A stretch of DNA of 64,000 nt from positions 15,575-79,574 of the forward strand of contig RFQR01000001.1 of assembly GCA_009924895.1 (NCBI GenBank), in the 5' to 3' direction. The DNA is from a bacterium. GTDB lineage: Bacteria; Patescibacteriota; Minisyncoccia; Phycocordibacterales; UBA2100. How positions within the stretch are numbered: position 1 is the stretch's first letter; each line of letters begins with the position of its first letter. The notes beneath the pieces are model-generated. The model saw only the letters and a list, made by a program, of their open reading frames with translations, searched no databases and had not been told where the DNA came from. This document shows positions 37,900 to 48,430 of this stretch, in pieces. Position numbers and translations under genes: made by a program.

Positions 37900-39425
37900 G
37901 GTAAGGGGAGTGAAATAGAACTGAAACCGCATGTCTACAAGGAGTCGAAGAGGGTGCAAATCCTCGACGGCGTGCCTATTGAAGAATGAGCCAACGAGTT
38001 AATGCATACGGTTTGGTTAAGGGGTAATCCCCCCGAGCCGCAGCGAAAGCGAGTGTGAATAGCGCGTTTATCGTATGTATTAGACCCGAAGCTAGGTGAG
38101 CTACCCATGGACAGGCTGAACCTTCTAGAAATAGGAGGGGAGGGCCGAACTCGTAGATAGTGCAAAATCTTGGGATGATCTGTGGGTTGGAGTGAAAAGC
38201 TTATCGAACCTAGTAATAGCTGGTTCTCTCCGAAAGAGCTTTCGGGCTTGCGTCGTATGTTTCTGCAGGGGGTAGAGCACTGGAAGAAGCGGATAGGTCG
38301 AAAGACCACTGCCTCTATCAAACTCCGAATACCTGCAGCCACAGTACGGCAGTTAGTCGGTGGGGGCGAAGCTCCACTCGACAAAAGGGAAACAGCCCAG
38401 ACCGCCATTTAAGGTCCCAAAATCTACGCTCAGTGCAAAACAAGGAGGTGGAATTTCATAGACAGTCAGGATGTTGGCTTAGAAGCAGCCACCATTCAAA
38501 GAAAGCGTAACAGCTCACTGACTTAGAGATTCTGCGCCACAAATGATCGGGGCTTAAGCGTAGTACCGAAGATGCGGATTTGTACTTTACTGTACAAGTG
38601 GTAGGAGAGCGTTTTGATTGCGATGAAGGTAAAGGGGTGACCCATGCTGGAGCGATCGGAAGTGAAAATGTTGGCACGAGTAACCGCAATGCATGTGAGA
38701 TTCATGCACGCCGAAAGATCAAGGTTTCCTTCGCACTGGAGATCAGCGAAGGGTTAGTCGGTCCTAAGCCATTGGCGACAGCCGCAGGCGATGGATATAC
38801 GGTTAATATTCCGTGACTTGATTATGGTGCGATGGAGTGACGGAGTGAAATAGTTCAAGCGTGCAATTGGATGTGCGCTGCTTTGTAACAGACGCTGCCT
38901 AGGCAAATCCGGGCAGCATACATCTGGTACAAGGCAAGACGGGGAGGCTTCGGCCGAACTTAATTTGAGCGAAGACGCTTCCAAGAAAAACTTCTAAGCA
39001 TAACCATAACCAATCCGTACCAAAACCGACACAGGTGATCAGGTCGAGTAGACCAAGGCGAACGAGTGAGAGGTCCTCAAGGAACTCGGCAAAAAAGCGG
39101 CCGTAACTTCGGGATAAGGCCTGCCTTTCGCAAGAAAGGCCGCAGTTAATGATTCCCAGGCAACTGTTTACCAAAAACACAGCTCCCTGCAAACTCGCAA
39201 GAGGAAGTATAGGGGGTGATGCCTGACCAATGCCGGAAGGTCAAATACGGGCGTTGCCCAGCTCTAATTTTTTGAACCAGTTTTGCTGGTCAAGCACTGA
39301 ATAGCTCACTTAATCACATTAAGTTGAGAGTAGGTGTTTCGAGAAATTAGGGCTGGGTGGTGACTTGTATAAGCCCCGGTCAATGTCGGCGATAACTATA
39401 ATCGTCCTAAGGTAGCGAAATTCCT

Positions 39426-40534
39426 AGAAGACTGGGACTTGTACCTGTAAGGGTGCAAGCAAATTCTGCTATATGCGGGAAAGTCCGGTAGTATCTGGAG
39501 CTACTTATGTACAGTCAAACGATGCCAATTTAGCATTGTCTGGTAAAATAAGTACATGAGTAAAAATGCTTCCAGTGGTTCCGACCAAACTAAAATTGAA
39601 TCGGAAGCCGGATAATCCGCAGGAAACGTTGAATGAAAACTTTTACTATTCAGGATTCTTTGCAGCCGAGATGACGTGTTCCGTCATCAAAGCGGCAAAT
39701 TACAATCCGGTAGGACATTACTACTTTGCCGTTGATATCACTGTGACTAATGCTGATAAGGCATTGCTGCAGGAAGTCAACCAAGTTGTGATGAAAGGAG
39801 GAGGGATAATCAGTTCGGTGAAAGGAGCGTATAACCTAAGTGTGCGAGGTAAAAATCGCGTGCATGTTGTACTCGACTTCTTGCAACGGTACCCGATTAT
39901 CATTGGTGATCTCGCAAAAAATCGCGTTGCGCTTTTGAGAGAAGCATTCAGCTATCTCGAAGAACATCGCGGTGCAGGCGAGCACCAGAAAAAGATTGAA
40001 GTTATGGATGGAATACGAAAGAAACTACGATTGATCAAAGAAATCGGCATAGTTGATACTTCGTACCCATTAGAGAAACTTGACAGAGATGTGATTGGAC
40101 ATTTCTTGGCTGGAATTCTCGACGGTGAGGGTTCGTTCGGATTCAAAACGAGCGGTACTCACCAAGAACCATTCTTTGCAGTAGCTATGAAAGATCGAAA
40201 GATTATCAAGTTATGCAGAGATTTTCTTCAGTACGGCAACGTACGAAAGAGAAAAGATGGTGTGCACCATTACGAAATCAATCGAAAACAAATCCTTCAG
40301 AAAGTTTGCAAAATATTTCTCACACAGTATCCGCTCAAACATGCGCGGCAACAAGAGAGATTGCGAATAGTTCAACGGCTCCTCAACGACTACACGCAGA
40401 ATCACCACAAACGTGGTGAGTGATATAGTCTGATCTGTATGGCGACATACAGAGTGTGGCTCGCGCCACACCGCTTTGCTAACATTTTAGCGAAGTCAAA
40501 CTTTTGCACCAGCAAAAGTTAAAGTAACAGAATG
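39426..40534 (+). mobile_element. Group I intron at 23S position L1943
   Basis: Exons AAATTCCT|TGTCTGGTAAG rejoin. The 5' exon ends in U paired to IGS GGGA and the intron ends in G. Core elements: P ATGCGGGAA, Q AATCCGCAG, R GACTACA, S GATATAGTC. Confidence 0.92.
39566..40423 (+). CDS. Double-motif LAGLIDADG homing endonuclease
   Basis: YYSGFFAAEMTC (degenerate) and FLAGILDGEGSF motifs, within the intron. Confidence 0.88.
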   Translation: MLPVVPTKLKLNRKPDNPQETLNENFYYSGFFAAEMTCSVIKAANYNPVGHYYFAVDITVTNADKALLQEVNQVVMKGGGIISSVKGAYNLSVRGKNRVHVVLDFLQRYPIIIGDLAKNRVALLREAFSYLEEHRGAGEHQKKIEVMDGIRKKLRLIKEIGIVDTSYPLEKLDRDVIGHFLAGILDGEGSFGFKTSGTHQEPFFAVAMKDRKIIKLCRDFLQYGNVRKRKDGVHHYEINRKQILQKVCKIFLTQYPLKHARQQERLRIVQRLLNDYTQNHHKRGE

Positions 40535-41326
40535 TGTCTGGTAAGTTCAGACGCGCACGAATGGTATAATGACTTGGGAACTGTCTCGAGGACTTGCTCG
40601 GTGAAAATACAAGGGCGGTGAAGATGCCGCCTTCCTGCAGCTAGACGAAAAGACCCCAGAAGCTTTACTGTAGTTTGGTATTGGGATTACGGGTGCACCG
40701 CGTAGCGTAAGTGGGAGACTTTGAAGCAGAGGTTTCGGCCTCTGTGGAGTCGTCAATGCAACACCACTCCTTGTTTCTGTAATTTCTAACTTCTCAAGAG
40801 AAACTTGAGAAAGACAGTACTTGATGGGCAGTTTCGGTGGGGCGCTGTCCTCCTAAAAAGTAACGGAGGAGCATATTAAGGTCATCTAGCCGCGAATGGA
40901 AACCGTGGCGATAGTGCATTGGCATAAGATGGCTTAACTGCGAGTCGTACGTGACAAGCAGGCGCGAAAGCGGATCAAAGTGAACCGACAGTTCGCATTA
41001 GATGCGACTGAAGATTAACGGATAAAAGTTACTCTGGGGATAACAGGCTGGTTTCGCCTAAGAGTCCAAATCGACGGCGAAGTTCGGCACCTCGATGTCG
41101 GCTCATCTCAGCGCGGGGCTGGAGAAGGTCCCAAGCGTATGGCTGTTCGCCATTTAAAGAGGTACGTGAGCTGGGTTCAAACCGTCGTGAGACAGGTTGG
41201 TCTTAATCTGCTGTAGGCGTTGATTCTTGAGGAGATTTGTTTCTAGTACGAGAGGACCGAAATGAACTGACCTCTGGTCTGGGGGCTGTTACGCCAGTAG
41301 CACCGCCCCGTAGCTATGTCGGGATT

Positions 41327-41359
<33 letters not shown>

Positions 41360-41718
41360 GACTCCAAGATTAGGAATCGTTATAGATTCGTGAGAGATGA
41401 TCACGTTGATAGGCACTAGGTGTACGCACAGTAATGTGTTCAGCCGAGGTGTACTAATGAATCGACAGAACTCCCGTTCTGGATTGTGAGAATACGTGTT
41501 CTATTTTTTCCTGAATTTGTGCTTTCGATTAGTCCGACAAAAATGTGTACCATTTTCGTCGGATATGTCGCCCAACAAAACTTTTTTAAAGTTTGGTCGG
41601 GCATGCTCTTCAGTTGCCAGCGAACAGTGCTGCGACCGATTTTTCATACTCGTAGAGTATAGAAAAATGGAAGTGCCCTCGTGGTGCAATTGTTCTTTGT
41701 AAAGCATTTGGAATGTGG

Positions 41719-41793
41719 GTGCCCGTAGCTCAGGGGTAGAGCACCAGGTTGCAAACCTGGTTGTCGGTGGTTTAAATCCGCCCGGACGCTCCA
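41719..41793 (+). tRNA. tRNA-Cys(GCA)
   Basis: CCAGG-TTGCAAA-CCTGG anticodon arm, U73 discriminator, encoded CCA. T-loop reads TTTAAAT and there is a C4:A69 mismatch. Confidence 0.88.
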
Positions 41794-41845
41794 CAATTTT
41801 TTGGACTCACATTTCAGATGCTTTGCAGTTAATTTAAAGATTTTG

Positions 41846-41952
41846 TTCTGGTGTTTTATCGGAGGGGTCACACCCGTTCTCATTCCGAACACGGCAGTTA
41901 AGCCCTCTTGAGCCGATGGTAGTCGTAAGGCAAGAGTAGGTAGACGCCAGAA
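41846..41952 (+). rRNA. rrf: 5S rRNA
   Basis: CACCCGTTCTCATTCCGAACACGGCAGTTAAG...GATGGTAG...GAGTAGG; terminal helix TTCTGG/CCAGAA. Confidence 0.93.
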
Positions 41953-42073
41953 CAAAGTTTTTAAAAAAGTTCTACACCCGGTCACACATAATTTTCTGCT
42001 GAAAATTTGCGCGACCCCGCCTCAGCCTCGACAGGCTTCCGACCTTGAAACGGTCCAAGTATTCCCGTCTCAA

Positions 42074-42158
42074 CTCATTCCAAACACGGAAGTTAAGCCG
42101 AGTTGAAGCGATGGTAGTCGTAAGGCGAGAGTAGCTAGTCGCCAGAACAAAGTTTTTA
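42074..42158 (+). pseudogene. Degenerate duplicate of the 3' two-thirds of 5S rRNA
   Basis: CTCATTCCAAACACGGAAGTTAAGCC...GATGGTAGTCGTAAGGCGAGAGTAG...CGCCAGAACAAAGTTTTT. Confidence 0.8.
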
Positions 42159-42254
42159 ATTCAGCCAAAGACCACCGAGAGGCGGTCTTTGATGTTCTTT
42201 GAGTACAAATTTTCCCCCTATACCCTAAACCCTAGTCGCTATATACTTACCCCT

Positions 42255-43022
42255 ATGTCTTGGGCAGCACGGCGGCGTTTTCTTTATCTTCTTGGTCTTG
42301 CCATAATTGTTGGTGCGCTTACACTCATTCCAACCTATATCCATTTTAAGCAGCCACCGACATGCTTTGATGGGAAGCAGAATCAAGGTGAGACACAGGT
42401 AGATAAGGGTGGTCCGTGCTCCGTTCTTGACGAGAATGCGCTAATTCCATTAGCAGTGCAATGGGCGCGTGCGTTTCCAACGCAAGAAGGTTTGTACAAC
42501 GCCGTGGCGTATATAGAAAATGCAAACGAGGGTGCGGGAGTGCGCGAGCTGCGGTATGAAATGAAGCTCTACGATTCGCGTAACGTCCTCGTCGCGGTGC
42601 GTGCTGGAAAGACCTTTATCATGCCCGGATCGGTAAATCCGATATTTGAAGCCCGTATTGAAGCAGGTAACCGAGTAGTCACCCGGGCGTTTCTCGATGT
42701 AACACCGCAGCCGCAATGGGAACGAGCAGAAGATCGGGCGCGTATGATGGTGATTGAAAATGTGCGTCCGTCTTCTGAAACCACTGCTCCGCGCATTGAT
42801 GCAACCGTCCACTCAGTACGCGCTGTATCAACCACGGATGTTAAAGTCGTTGCGGTCGCTTTTGATACCGCAGGAAATGCATTTGCAGGTTCACGCACCG
42901 CACTTGATATCATGCAACCGGATGAACGAAAAGAGGTGTCTTTTACCTGGCCGCAGCCCTGGATTTTCACCGTCGGAAGAATTGATGTTCTTCCCGTGGT
43001 AGAACCTGAATGGACGCGCTAG
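42255..43022 (+). CDS. Membrane-anchored hypothetical protein with CxDGxQNxxExxVDxGGPC motif
   Basis: N-terminal TM; PTCFDGKQNQGETQVDKGGPC; -10 TATACT 7 nt before the ATG. Confidence 0.8.
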   Translation: MSWAARRRFLYLLGLAIIVGALTLIPTYIHFKQPPTCFDGKQNQGETQVDKGGPCSVLDENALIPLAVQWARAFPTQEGLYNAVAYIENANEGAGVRELRYEMKLYDSRNVLVAVRAGKTFIMPGSVNPIFEARIEAGNRVVTRAFLDVTPQPQWERAEDRARMMVIENVRPSSETTAPRIDATVHSVRAVSTTDVKVVAVAFDTAGNAFAGSRTALDIMQPDERKEVSFTWPQPWIFTVGRIDVLPVVEPEWTR

Positions 43023-43023
43023 C

Positions 43024-44145
43024 ATGAAGCGTCTCACCGCACACATCGACTGGTTTGTATTCCTTTCTGCGCTCTGCATTTCGCTCGCGGGTCTTGTGAC
43101 GATGCGCTCGTTTTCGGTGGAAAATACCTTTTTTGATAAGCAAGTAGTTTGGATTATTGTCGGGTGTGTTGTTTTTTTCTGTGCAAGTATTCCCGAGTAT
43201 CGATTTCTGCGCAGAACACCTATTGTGATGACGCTCTTTGGTGCGATCGCGCTTCTCCTTGTTGCGGTCTTTGCCGTAGGGGTTGTCTCAAAAGGAGCAC
43301 AAAGCTGGTTTCGATTTGGGTTTTTAGGTTTACAGCCTGCCGAACTTGCAAAGCTTGTGTTAATTATTACGCTCGCAAAGTATTTTGCTCGTCGGCACGT
43401 TGAAATTGCAGATTTTAAACACATTCTTGTTTCAGGCGGATATGCGCTCATATTGTGTCTCCTTATTTTTCTCCAGCCAGATTTTGGTTCCGCAATGATT
43501 GTTGCGAGCATTTGGTTTGGTATGGTCTTGATTGCAGGGCTCTCATGGCGGCATTTGTTTGCGCTCCTTTTTTTGGGTGCGATGGTCGGCGGCGGGTTAT
43601 GGACGTTTGTATTTAAGGAATATCAAAAACAGCGCATCATAAACTTTTTACATCCTCTTGCTGATATTCGGGGAACAGGATACAACGCCTATCAGTCTAC
43701 TGTTGCAGTCGGTTCAGGCGGTGTATGGGGAAAGGGAATAGGGTATGGAACGCAGTCCAAACTCCAGTTTCTTCCGGAATACCAAACAGACTTTATCTTT
43801 GCAGCATTTGCTGAAGAGTGGGGTTTTATCGGTGTCTTGTTTCTCTTTGGGCTATACGGCATTTTAATAACAAGAGTGGTAATCATTTCAAGCAAAGGAG
43901 CTGATACGTTTGTAATGCTCTTTGGTGCTGGGGTTGCGGTGCTGTTTATCACTCATTTTACGGTGCACATTGGCATGAATATCGGTCTCTTGCCCGTAAC
44001 AGGGGTCACGGTTCCGTTTATGAGTTATGGCGGATCACATTTGTTAGTTGAATACTTGATGCTCGGTATTTTAATGGGATTGCGTCGCGATACGCGCCCG
44101 GTTGCACTTTTGCGCGAGCGCGTCGAATTTGTCGGCCCGGTGTGA
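43024..44145 (+). CDS. rodA: Rod shape-determining SEDS protein
   Basis: GAQSW, QPAELAK, LQPDFG, GSGG, LPEYQTDFIF, PFMSYGGS motifs. Confidence 0.92.
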   Translation: MKRLTAHIDWFVFLSALCISLAGLVTMRSFSVENTFFDKQVVWIIVGCVVFFCASIPEYRFLRRTPIVMTLFGAIALLLVAVFAVGVVSKGAQSWFRFGFLGLQPAELAKLVLIITLAKYFARRHVEIADFKHILVSGGYALILCLLIFLQPDFGSAMIVASIWFGMVLIAGLSWRHLFALLFLGAMVGGGLWTFVFKEYQKQRIINFLHPLADIRGTGYNAYQSTVAVGSGGVWGKGIGYGTQSKLQFLPEYQTDFIFAAFAEEWGFIGVLFLFGLYGILITRVVIISSKGADTFVMLFGAGVAVLFITHFTVHIGMNIGLLPVTGVTVPFMSYGGSHLLVEYLMLGILMGLRRDTRPVALLRERVEFVGPV

Positions 44146-45225
44146 TTACTGGTAGAGAGATACCGTTTCTCGATACGAGACGTCAGGATCAAACAGTGCT
44201 CTAACCCGCTGAAATAAGGTCTCCACGCTCTCTGCAGACGGACGGTGGGTGAGTGCGTGCTCGAGAGCCGAACTATCAGCGGGGGGTAGTAGCACCGCAT
44301 GCGAACCAGTAATTTCTCGTATACCAGGCAGGTCGGAGGCAAGAATGGGAATGCGCGCCTGCGCCGCCTCAATGACTGCATAGGGGAGGCCTTCTTTGAT
44401 TGAAGGGAGGCAAAAGATATCGAACGCTTTGAGAAACGCTCGTGCGTTTTCTCGTGCCCCAAGAAGGTGAATGCGATCGCTCGCACCCGCAGCATCTATT
44501 CGTGCCTGCAAAGCCACTTTTTCTTCACCATCCCCAATAATGTAACAGTGCATTGAAGTGCGAGCCAGAGCGTCAATGAGATACTGGAGTCCTTTGTTGC
44601 GGTGAAGTTCTGCTATGGAACCAACGCACTGCACTGATTCGGGGATACCGAGTGCGCGACGCGCTTCTGAGCGGTCGAGGAGCGGGAACTCTGCTACTCC
44701 ATTGTAGATAAATACCACGCGGCGATTCATTCCAAACCACCCCTGCACACGATAAAAATTTTCTCGCGAAACACAGATGACACGATGAGATATCATGCAC
44801 GTGAAGTAGGTAATGAAGGCTATGATTTGTCTTGAAAACCATGAGCGATCCTCGTCTTGCGGCAACCCGTGGATGGTGAAGATAATGCGCGGCACGCGCG
44901 CAGCGCGTGCCGCAAGTGCGCCGAGCGCACCGGCTTTTGAACTATTGAGATGCACAACAGTCGGGCGTTCTCTACGGAAGATGCGATACAGTTCGTACCA
45001 TGCTGGAATATCAGAGAGTGAGACATCTCTTCCGAGAGAAGGAGACTCGATAACGGATATGCCTTCTGCGGCACATGCACTGGCTAGTGTCCCCTGGCTT
45101 CCCACGACAACCCCTACGTCCCACGTAGTGTGAGCGCGGGTCGCAAGGTCATAGACATACCGCTGGGCCCCGCCCCAGGTGCCCTTGGTGATGCAGAACA
45201 GAAGACGTGGCTTTTCTTGATTCAT
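44146..45225 (-). CDS. GT4 glycosyltransferase
   Basis: GGAQRY, HLNSSKAG, EGLPYAVIEA motifs. Confidence 0.9.
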   Translation of the reverse strand: MNQEKPRLLFCITKGTWGGAQRYVYDLATRAHTTWDVGVVVGSQGTLASACAAEGISVIESPSLGRDVSLSDIPAWYELYRIFRRERPTVVHLNSSKAGALGALAARAARVPRIIFTIHGLPQDEDRSWFSRQIIAFITYFTCMISHRVICVSRENFYRVQGWFGMNRRVVFIYNGVAEFPLLDRSEARRALGIPESVQCVGSIAELHRNKGLQYLIDALARTSMHCYIIGDGEEKVALQARIDAAGASDRIHLLGARENARAFLKAFDIFCLPSIKEGLPYAVIEAAQARIPILASDLPGIREITGSHAVLLPPADSSALEHALTHRPSAESVETLFQRVRALFDPDVSYRETVSLYQ

Positions 45226-45252
45226 ACATCGGTAAATGTCATGATACAACCA

Positions 45253-46602
45253 ATGATACTGGTTCCCAAAAGAGAGTACCTTCTCCTACTTGCCGGAGAC
45301 CTCGTCGTCTTTGTTATTTCACTCTACGCGACATTGGCTTTGCGGTACTTGACACTTCCATCAACTACCGATTTTATCCAGCATTTCTGGGCTTTTATAC
45401 CTGTCTTTTGTCTCTGGATCATCGTTTTTTTTCTGGCAGGTCTTTATGGAAAACATACCCGGCTGTTTCGTTCGCGGCTGTCAGCAACCATACTCTATAC
45501 CCAGGTTATCAACGTCGCTCTTGCTGGGCTCTTTTTCTTTTTGATCCCGTTTTTTGGTCTGGCACCCAAAACTATTTTGGCAATATATCTCGCAGTATCA
45601 TTTGTACTCATTTTTTTCTGGAGACGTCTGGTGTATACGAACGCGCGTAGAGGAAAAGCACTTAAGGGTGTTCTTTTGGCGTCTGGTCCTGACGCGGAAA
45701 TGCTTGCCAAAGAAATTATGGGTGACCACCGATATCCGTTTACGTTTGCACACGTGATCGACACCTCACACGCTCCAACGCATGAAATTGTACAGCGTGC
45801 GTGCCGCCTCGCAGGAGAAGAAGATGTACAGTTTCTCGTTGCCGACTTTTATGACAAAGCGGTATCTGCTGCGCTCCCCATTATTTATGATGCGACATTT
45901 CGAAAAAACAGGTTTGCACTCGTATCCCTCGCAGATTTGTACCAAGAAGTATTTGATAGAGCTCCACTCTCACTTGTTCATTATGAATGGATACTGTCGC
46001 ATGTCAGTTCTTCTCCGGTATACGATAGTGCAAAGCGCGCCATGGATTTTGTAGGTGGTCTTGTTATTGGTTTTCTGACCTTACCAATCTATCCACTTGT
46101 TGCGCTCCTTATCAAACTCGATGACGGTGGTCCGGTATTTATAACGCAAGAGCGCACGGGTAAATTTCAGCGACCGATTTTTGTCCGAAAATTCCGCAGC
46201 ATGTCGGGATCGGATACAGGTGAAGAGGTTATGAAAAGTAAGCATGTAATTACCCGGGTAGGGAAATGGCTGCGTGTCTTGCGTGTTGATGAGCTCCCTC
46301 AGATTTGGAATGTCGTGCGTGGCGACCTCTCACTCGTTGGTCCTCGTCCAGAACTTCCTGCACTCTCTGCGCATTACAGTGCGCGTATTCCGTACTACAA
46401 CGCGCGATTTCTGATCCCGCCGGGCCTTACGGGATGGGCGCAAATTACGCATGACCGCCATCCGCACCACGGCGCTGATGTTGCGGAAACCAAGGAAAAA
46501 TTGTCGTACGATCTTTACTACCTCAAACACCGGTCACTCCTTTTAGACGTCTTCATTCTCCTCCAGACAATCCGTATTGTGGTAACCGCAAAGGGAGCGT
46601 AG
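45253..46602 (+). CDS. Priming polyprenyl glycosylphosphotransferase (WcaJ/WbaP-like)
   Basis: KRAMD, KFRSM, DELPQ, LVGPRPE, PGLTGWAQ, DLYY motifs. Confidence 0.92.
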   Translation: MILVPKREYLLLLAGDLVVFVISLYATLALRYLTLPSTTDFIQHFWAFIPVFCLWIIVFFLAGLYGKHTRLFRSRLSATILYTQVINVALAGLFFFLIPFFGLAPKTILAIYLAVSFVLIFFWRRLVYTNARRGKALKGVLLASGPDAEMLAKEIMGDHRYPFTFAHVIDTSHAPTHEIVQRACRLAGEEDVQFLVADFYDKAVSAALPIIYDATFRKNRFALVSLADLYQEVFDRAPLSLVHYEWILSHVSSSPVYDSAKRAMDFVGGLVIGFLTLPIYPLVALLIKLDDGGPVFITQERTGKFQRPIFVRKFRSMSGSDTGEEVMKSKHVITRVGKWLRVLRVDELPQIWNVVRGDLSLVGPRPELPALSAHYSARIPYYNARFLIPPGLTGWAQITHDRHPHHGADVAETKEKLSYDLYYLKHRSLLLDVFILLQTIRIVVTAKGA

Positions 46603-46611
46603 TATAGAGAG

Positions 46612-47541
46612 ATGACACGAAACGTTTTGGTGACGGGGGGAGCTGGGTTTATTGGCTCGCATATCGTCGACGCGCTTCTTGTGCGAGGCGATAGTGTGCG
46701 TGTGATTGATGATGAAAGCTCTGGAAAGAAGCAAAACTTGAAACATACAATTGATAAGATTGAGTACATAAACGGATCTATCACTGATCGCGATCTTCTC
46801 AAGCGGGTAATGAATGGTGTAGATATCGTATTCCACCTTGCAGCAATCGGCTCGGTCCCGCGCTCGGTGGATGCTCCTGAACCATCTCACGATGCGAACA
46901 TCACCGGTACCTTAAATGTACTCTGGGCCGCGAAGCAGGCAGGAGCGAAGCGTGTTGTGCATTCCTCCTCGAGCTCAGTCTATGGTAACAATCCAACTCT
47001 TCCCAAACGAGAAGAGGATCTCGGCACCGTACTCTCACCCTATGCACTCCAGAAAAAGGCGGCTGAGGAATACACGCTTTTGTTTTACCGGCTTTACGGA
47101 CTCGAGACGGTAGTACTTCGCTATTTCAACGTGTATGGTCCGCGCCAAGATCCGAATTCTCAGTATGCCGCTCTTATTCCAAAATTTATCGCAGCTATGA
47201 AAGCAGGAAAGCAGCCAACGATAAACGGCGACGGATCAGCATCGCGCTCATTTACCTATGTTTCTGATGTGGTCGATGCAAATCTTGCCGCGGCAGAAAG
47301 TGAATCGGCTGTAGGGGAGGCGATGAATATTGGCGGTGCAGTCCGTACAACGGTCAATGAATTTGTCACCGCACTCAATACCGTGCTTGGTACTGCGATT
47401 ACTCCCATCTATGGGCCTGTTCGCGCAGGAGATATTCCTCACAGCATGGCTGATTTAAGTAAGGCAAGTAAGCTCATCGGCTATCAACCAAAAATTTCGT
47501 TCGAAGAAGGTTTGAAAAAAACAGTTGCGTCATTTACATGA
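46612..47541 (+). CDS. NAD-dependent nucleotide-sugar epimerase/dehydratase
   Basis: GGAGFIG, YALQK, LRYFNVYGPRQ motifs. Confidence 0.92.
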   Translation: MTRNVLVTGGAGFIGSHIVDALLVRGDSVRVIDDESSGKKQNLKHTIDKIEYINGSITDRDLLKRVMNGVDIVFHLAAIGSVPRSVDAPEPSHDANITGTLNVLWAAKQAGAKRVVHSSSSSVYGNNPTLPKREEDLGTVLSPYALQKKAAEEYTLLFYRLYGLETVVLRYFNVYGPRQDPNSQYAALIPKFIAAMKAGKQPTINGDGSASRSFTYVSDVVDANLAAAESESAVGEAMNIGGAVRTTVNEFVTALNTVLGTAITPIYGPVRAGDIPHSMADLSKASKLIGYQPKISFEEGLKKTVASFT

Positions 47542-48302
47542 TTATCGATGGGAAAAAAATAGCGGACGATATCTATCGTTCTTTAGTGCTTCCACGTTCT
47601 CTCACGCTGGGTATTGTGGTATGTGGTACAGATCCAGTCATCGAATCGTTTGTAAAAATTAAAGAGCGCACGGCGCAACGACTTCGTGTCCGGCTCGAAC
47701 GCGCGGTGCTACCTGAAAGTGCAACGACTAAAGAGGTGCTCAAAGCCCTTCTGTCTCTCAAAGAGTGTGATGGGGTTATCGTGCAGCTCCCTCTTCCTCA
47801 ACAGGTGAATGTGAGTGCTGTCCTTGAAATGATTCCCGCCCACCAAGATGTAGATGGCGTCTCGTCTCATCCTTATGTGCTTGCGCCCGTTGCGGGGGCG
47901 GTTGCGCAGATACTCGCACATTCGCATGTGAGTATACAAGGCAAAAAGGCGGTGGTTGTGGGAGACGGAAGGCTCGTGGGAAGGCCAGTTGCAGAATTGT
48001 TGCGGAAAGAAGGTGCTATCGTAACAACGCTCACAAAAGAGCGAGGCTCGCTCAAAGAATTACGAGCCACAGATATTATCGTTCTTGGCGCAGGAGAGCC
48101 AGGTCTTGTGGTGCCGGAGATGATTTCTGGAGGCGCTGTTCTCATTGATGCAGGAACAAGCGAGCAGGGAGGAAGAGTAGCGGGGGATGCTGATCCTGCA
48201 TGTGCTAAAAAATGCTCGGTCTTTACGCCGGTGCCAGGCGGCGTGGGTCCAGTTGCTGTCGCAATGATTTTCAAAAATCTCTCTACTTTAGCAGAAAGGT
48301 AA
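47538..48302 (+). CDS. folD: Methylenetetrahydrofolate dehydrogenase/cyclohydrolase
   Basis: IIDGK, VQLPLP, DVDG, VGRP, TPVPGGVGP motifs. Confidence 0.9.
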   Translation: MIIDGKKIADDIYRSLVLPRSLTLGIVVCGTDPVIESFVKIKERTAQRLRVRLERAVLPESATTKEVLKALLSLKECDGVIVQLPLPQQVNVSAVLEMIPAHQDVDGVSSHPYVLAPVAGAVAQILAHSHVSIQGKKAVVVGDGRLVGRPVAELLRKEGAIVTTLTKERGSLKELRATDIIVLGAGEPGLVVPEMISGGAVLIDAGTSEQGGRVAGDADPACAKKCSVFTPVPGGVGPVAVAMIFKNLSTLAER

Positions 48303-48430
48303 TTTTAAAATTTCTAGCTTTCTAATGTGTTGCTATTTATTCACGACCGTGAATTAATAGCAACATGCATTTTTTGAGCGTGCGGTAGAAATAAAAAAGG
48401 CACGCGGAAGTTATCCGCGCGCCTTTACAC

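Noticed and set aside
41531-41570. Third copy of the Cas2-like gene's palindrome (contains TGTACCAT and TCCGAC)
   Set aside because: Order and spacing do not match, and the region is better explained as part of the 23S processing stems.
41719-41793. tRNA-Ala(UGC), as usual in rRNA operons
   Set aside because: The 7-nt loop TTGCAAA centres on GCA, the discriminator is U73, and there is no G3:U70 pair, so it is tRNA-Cys.
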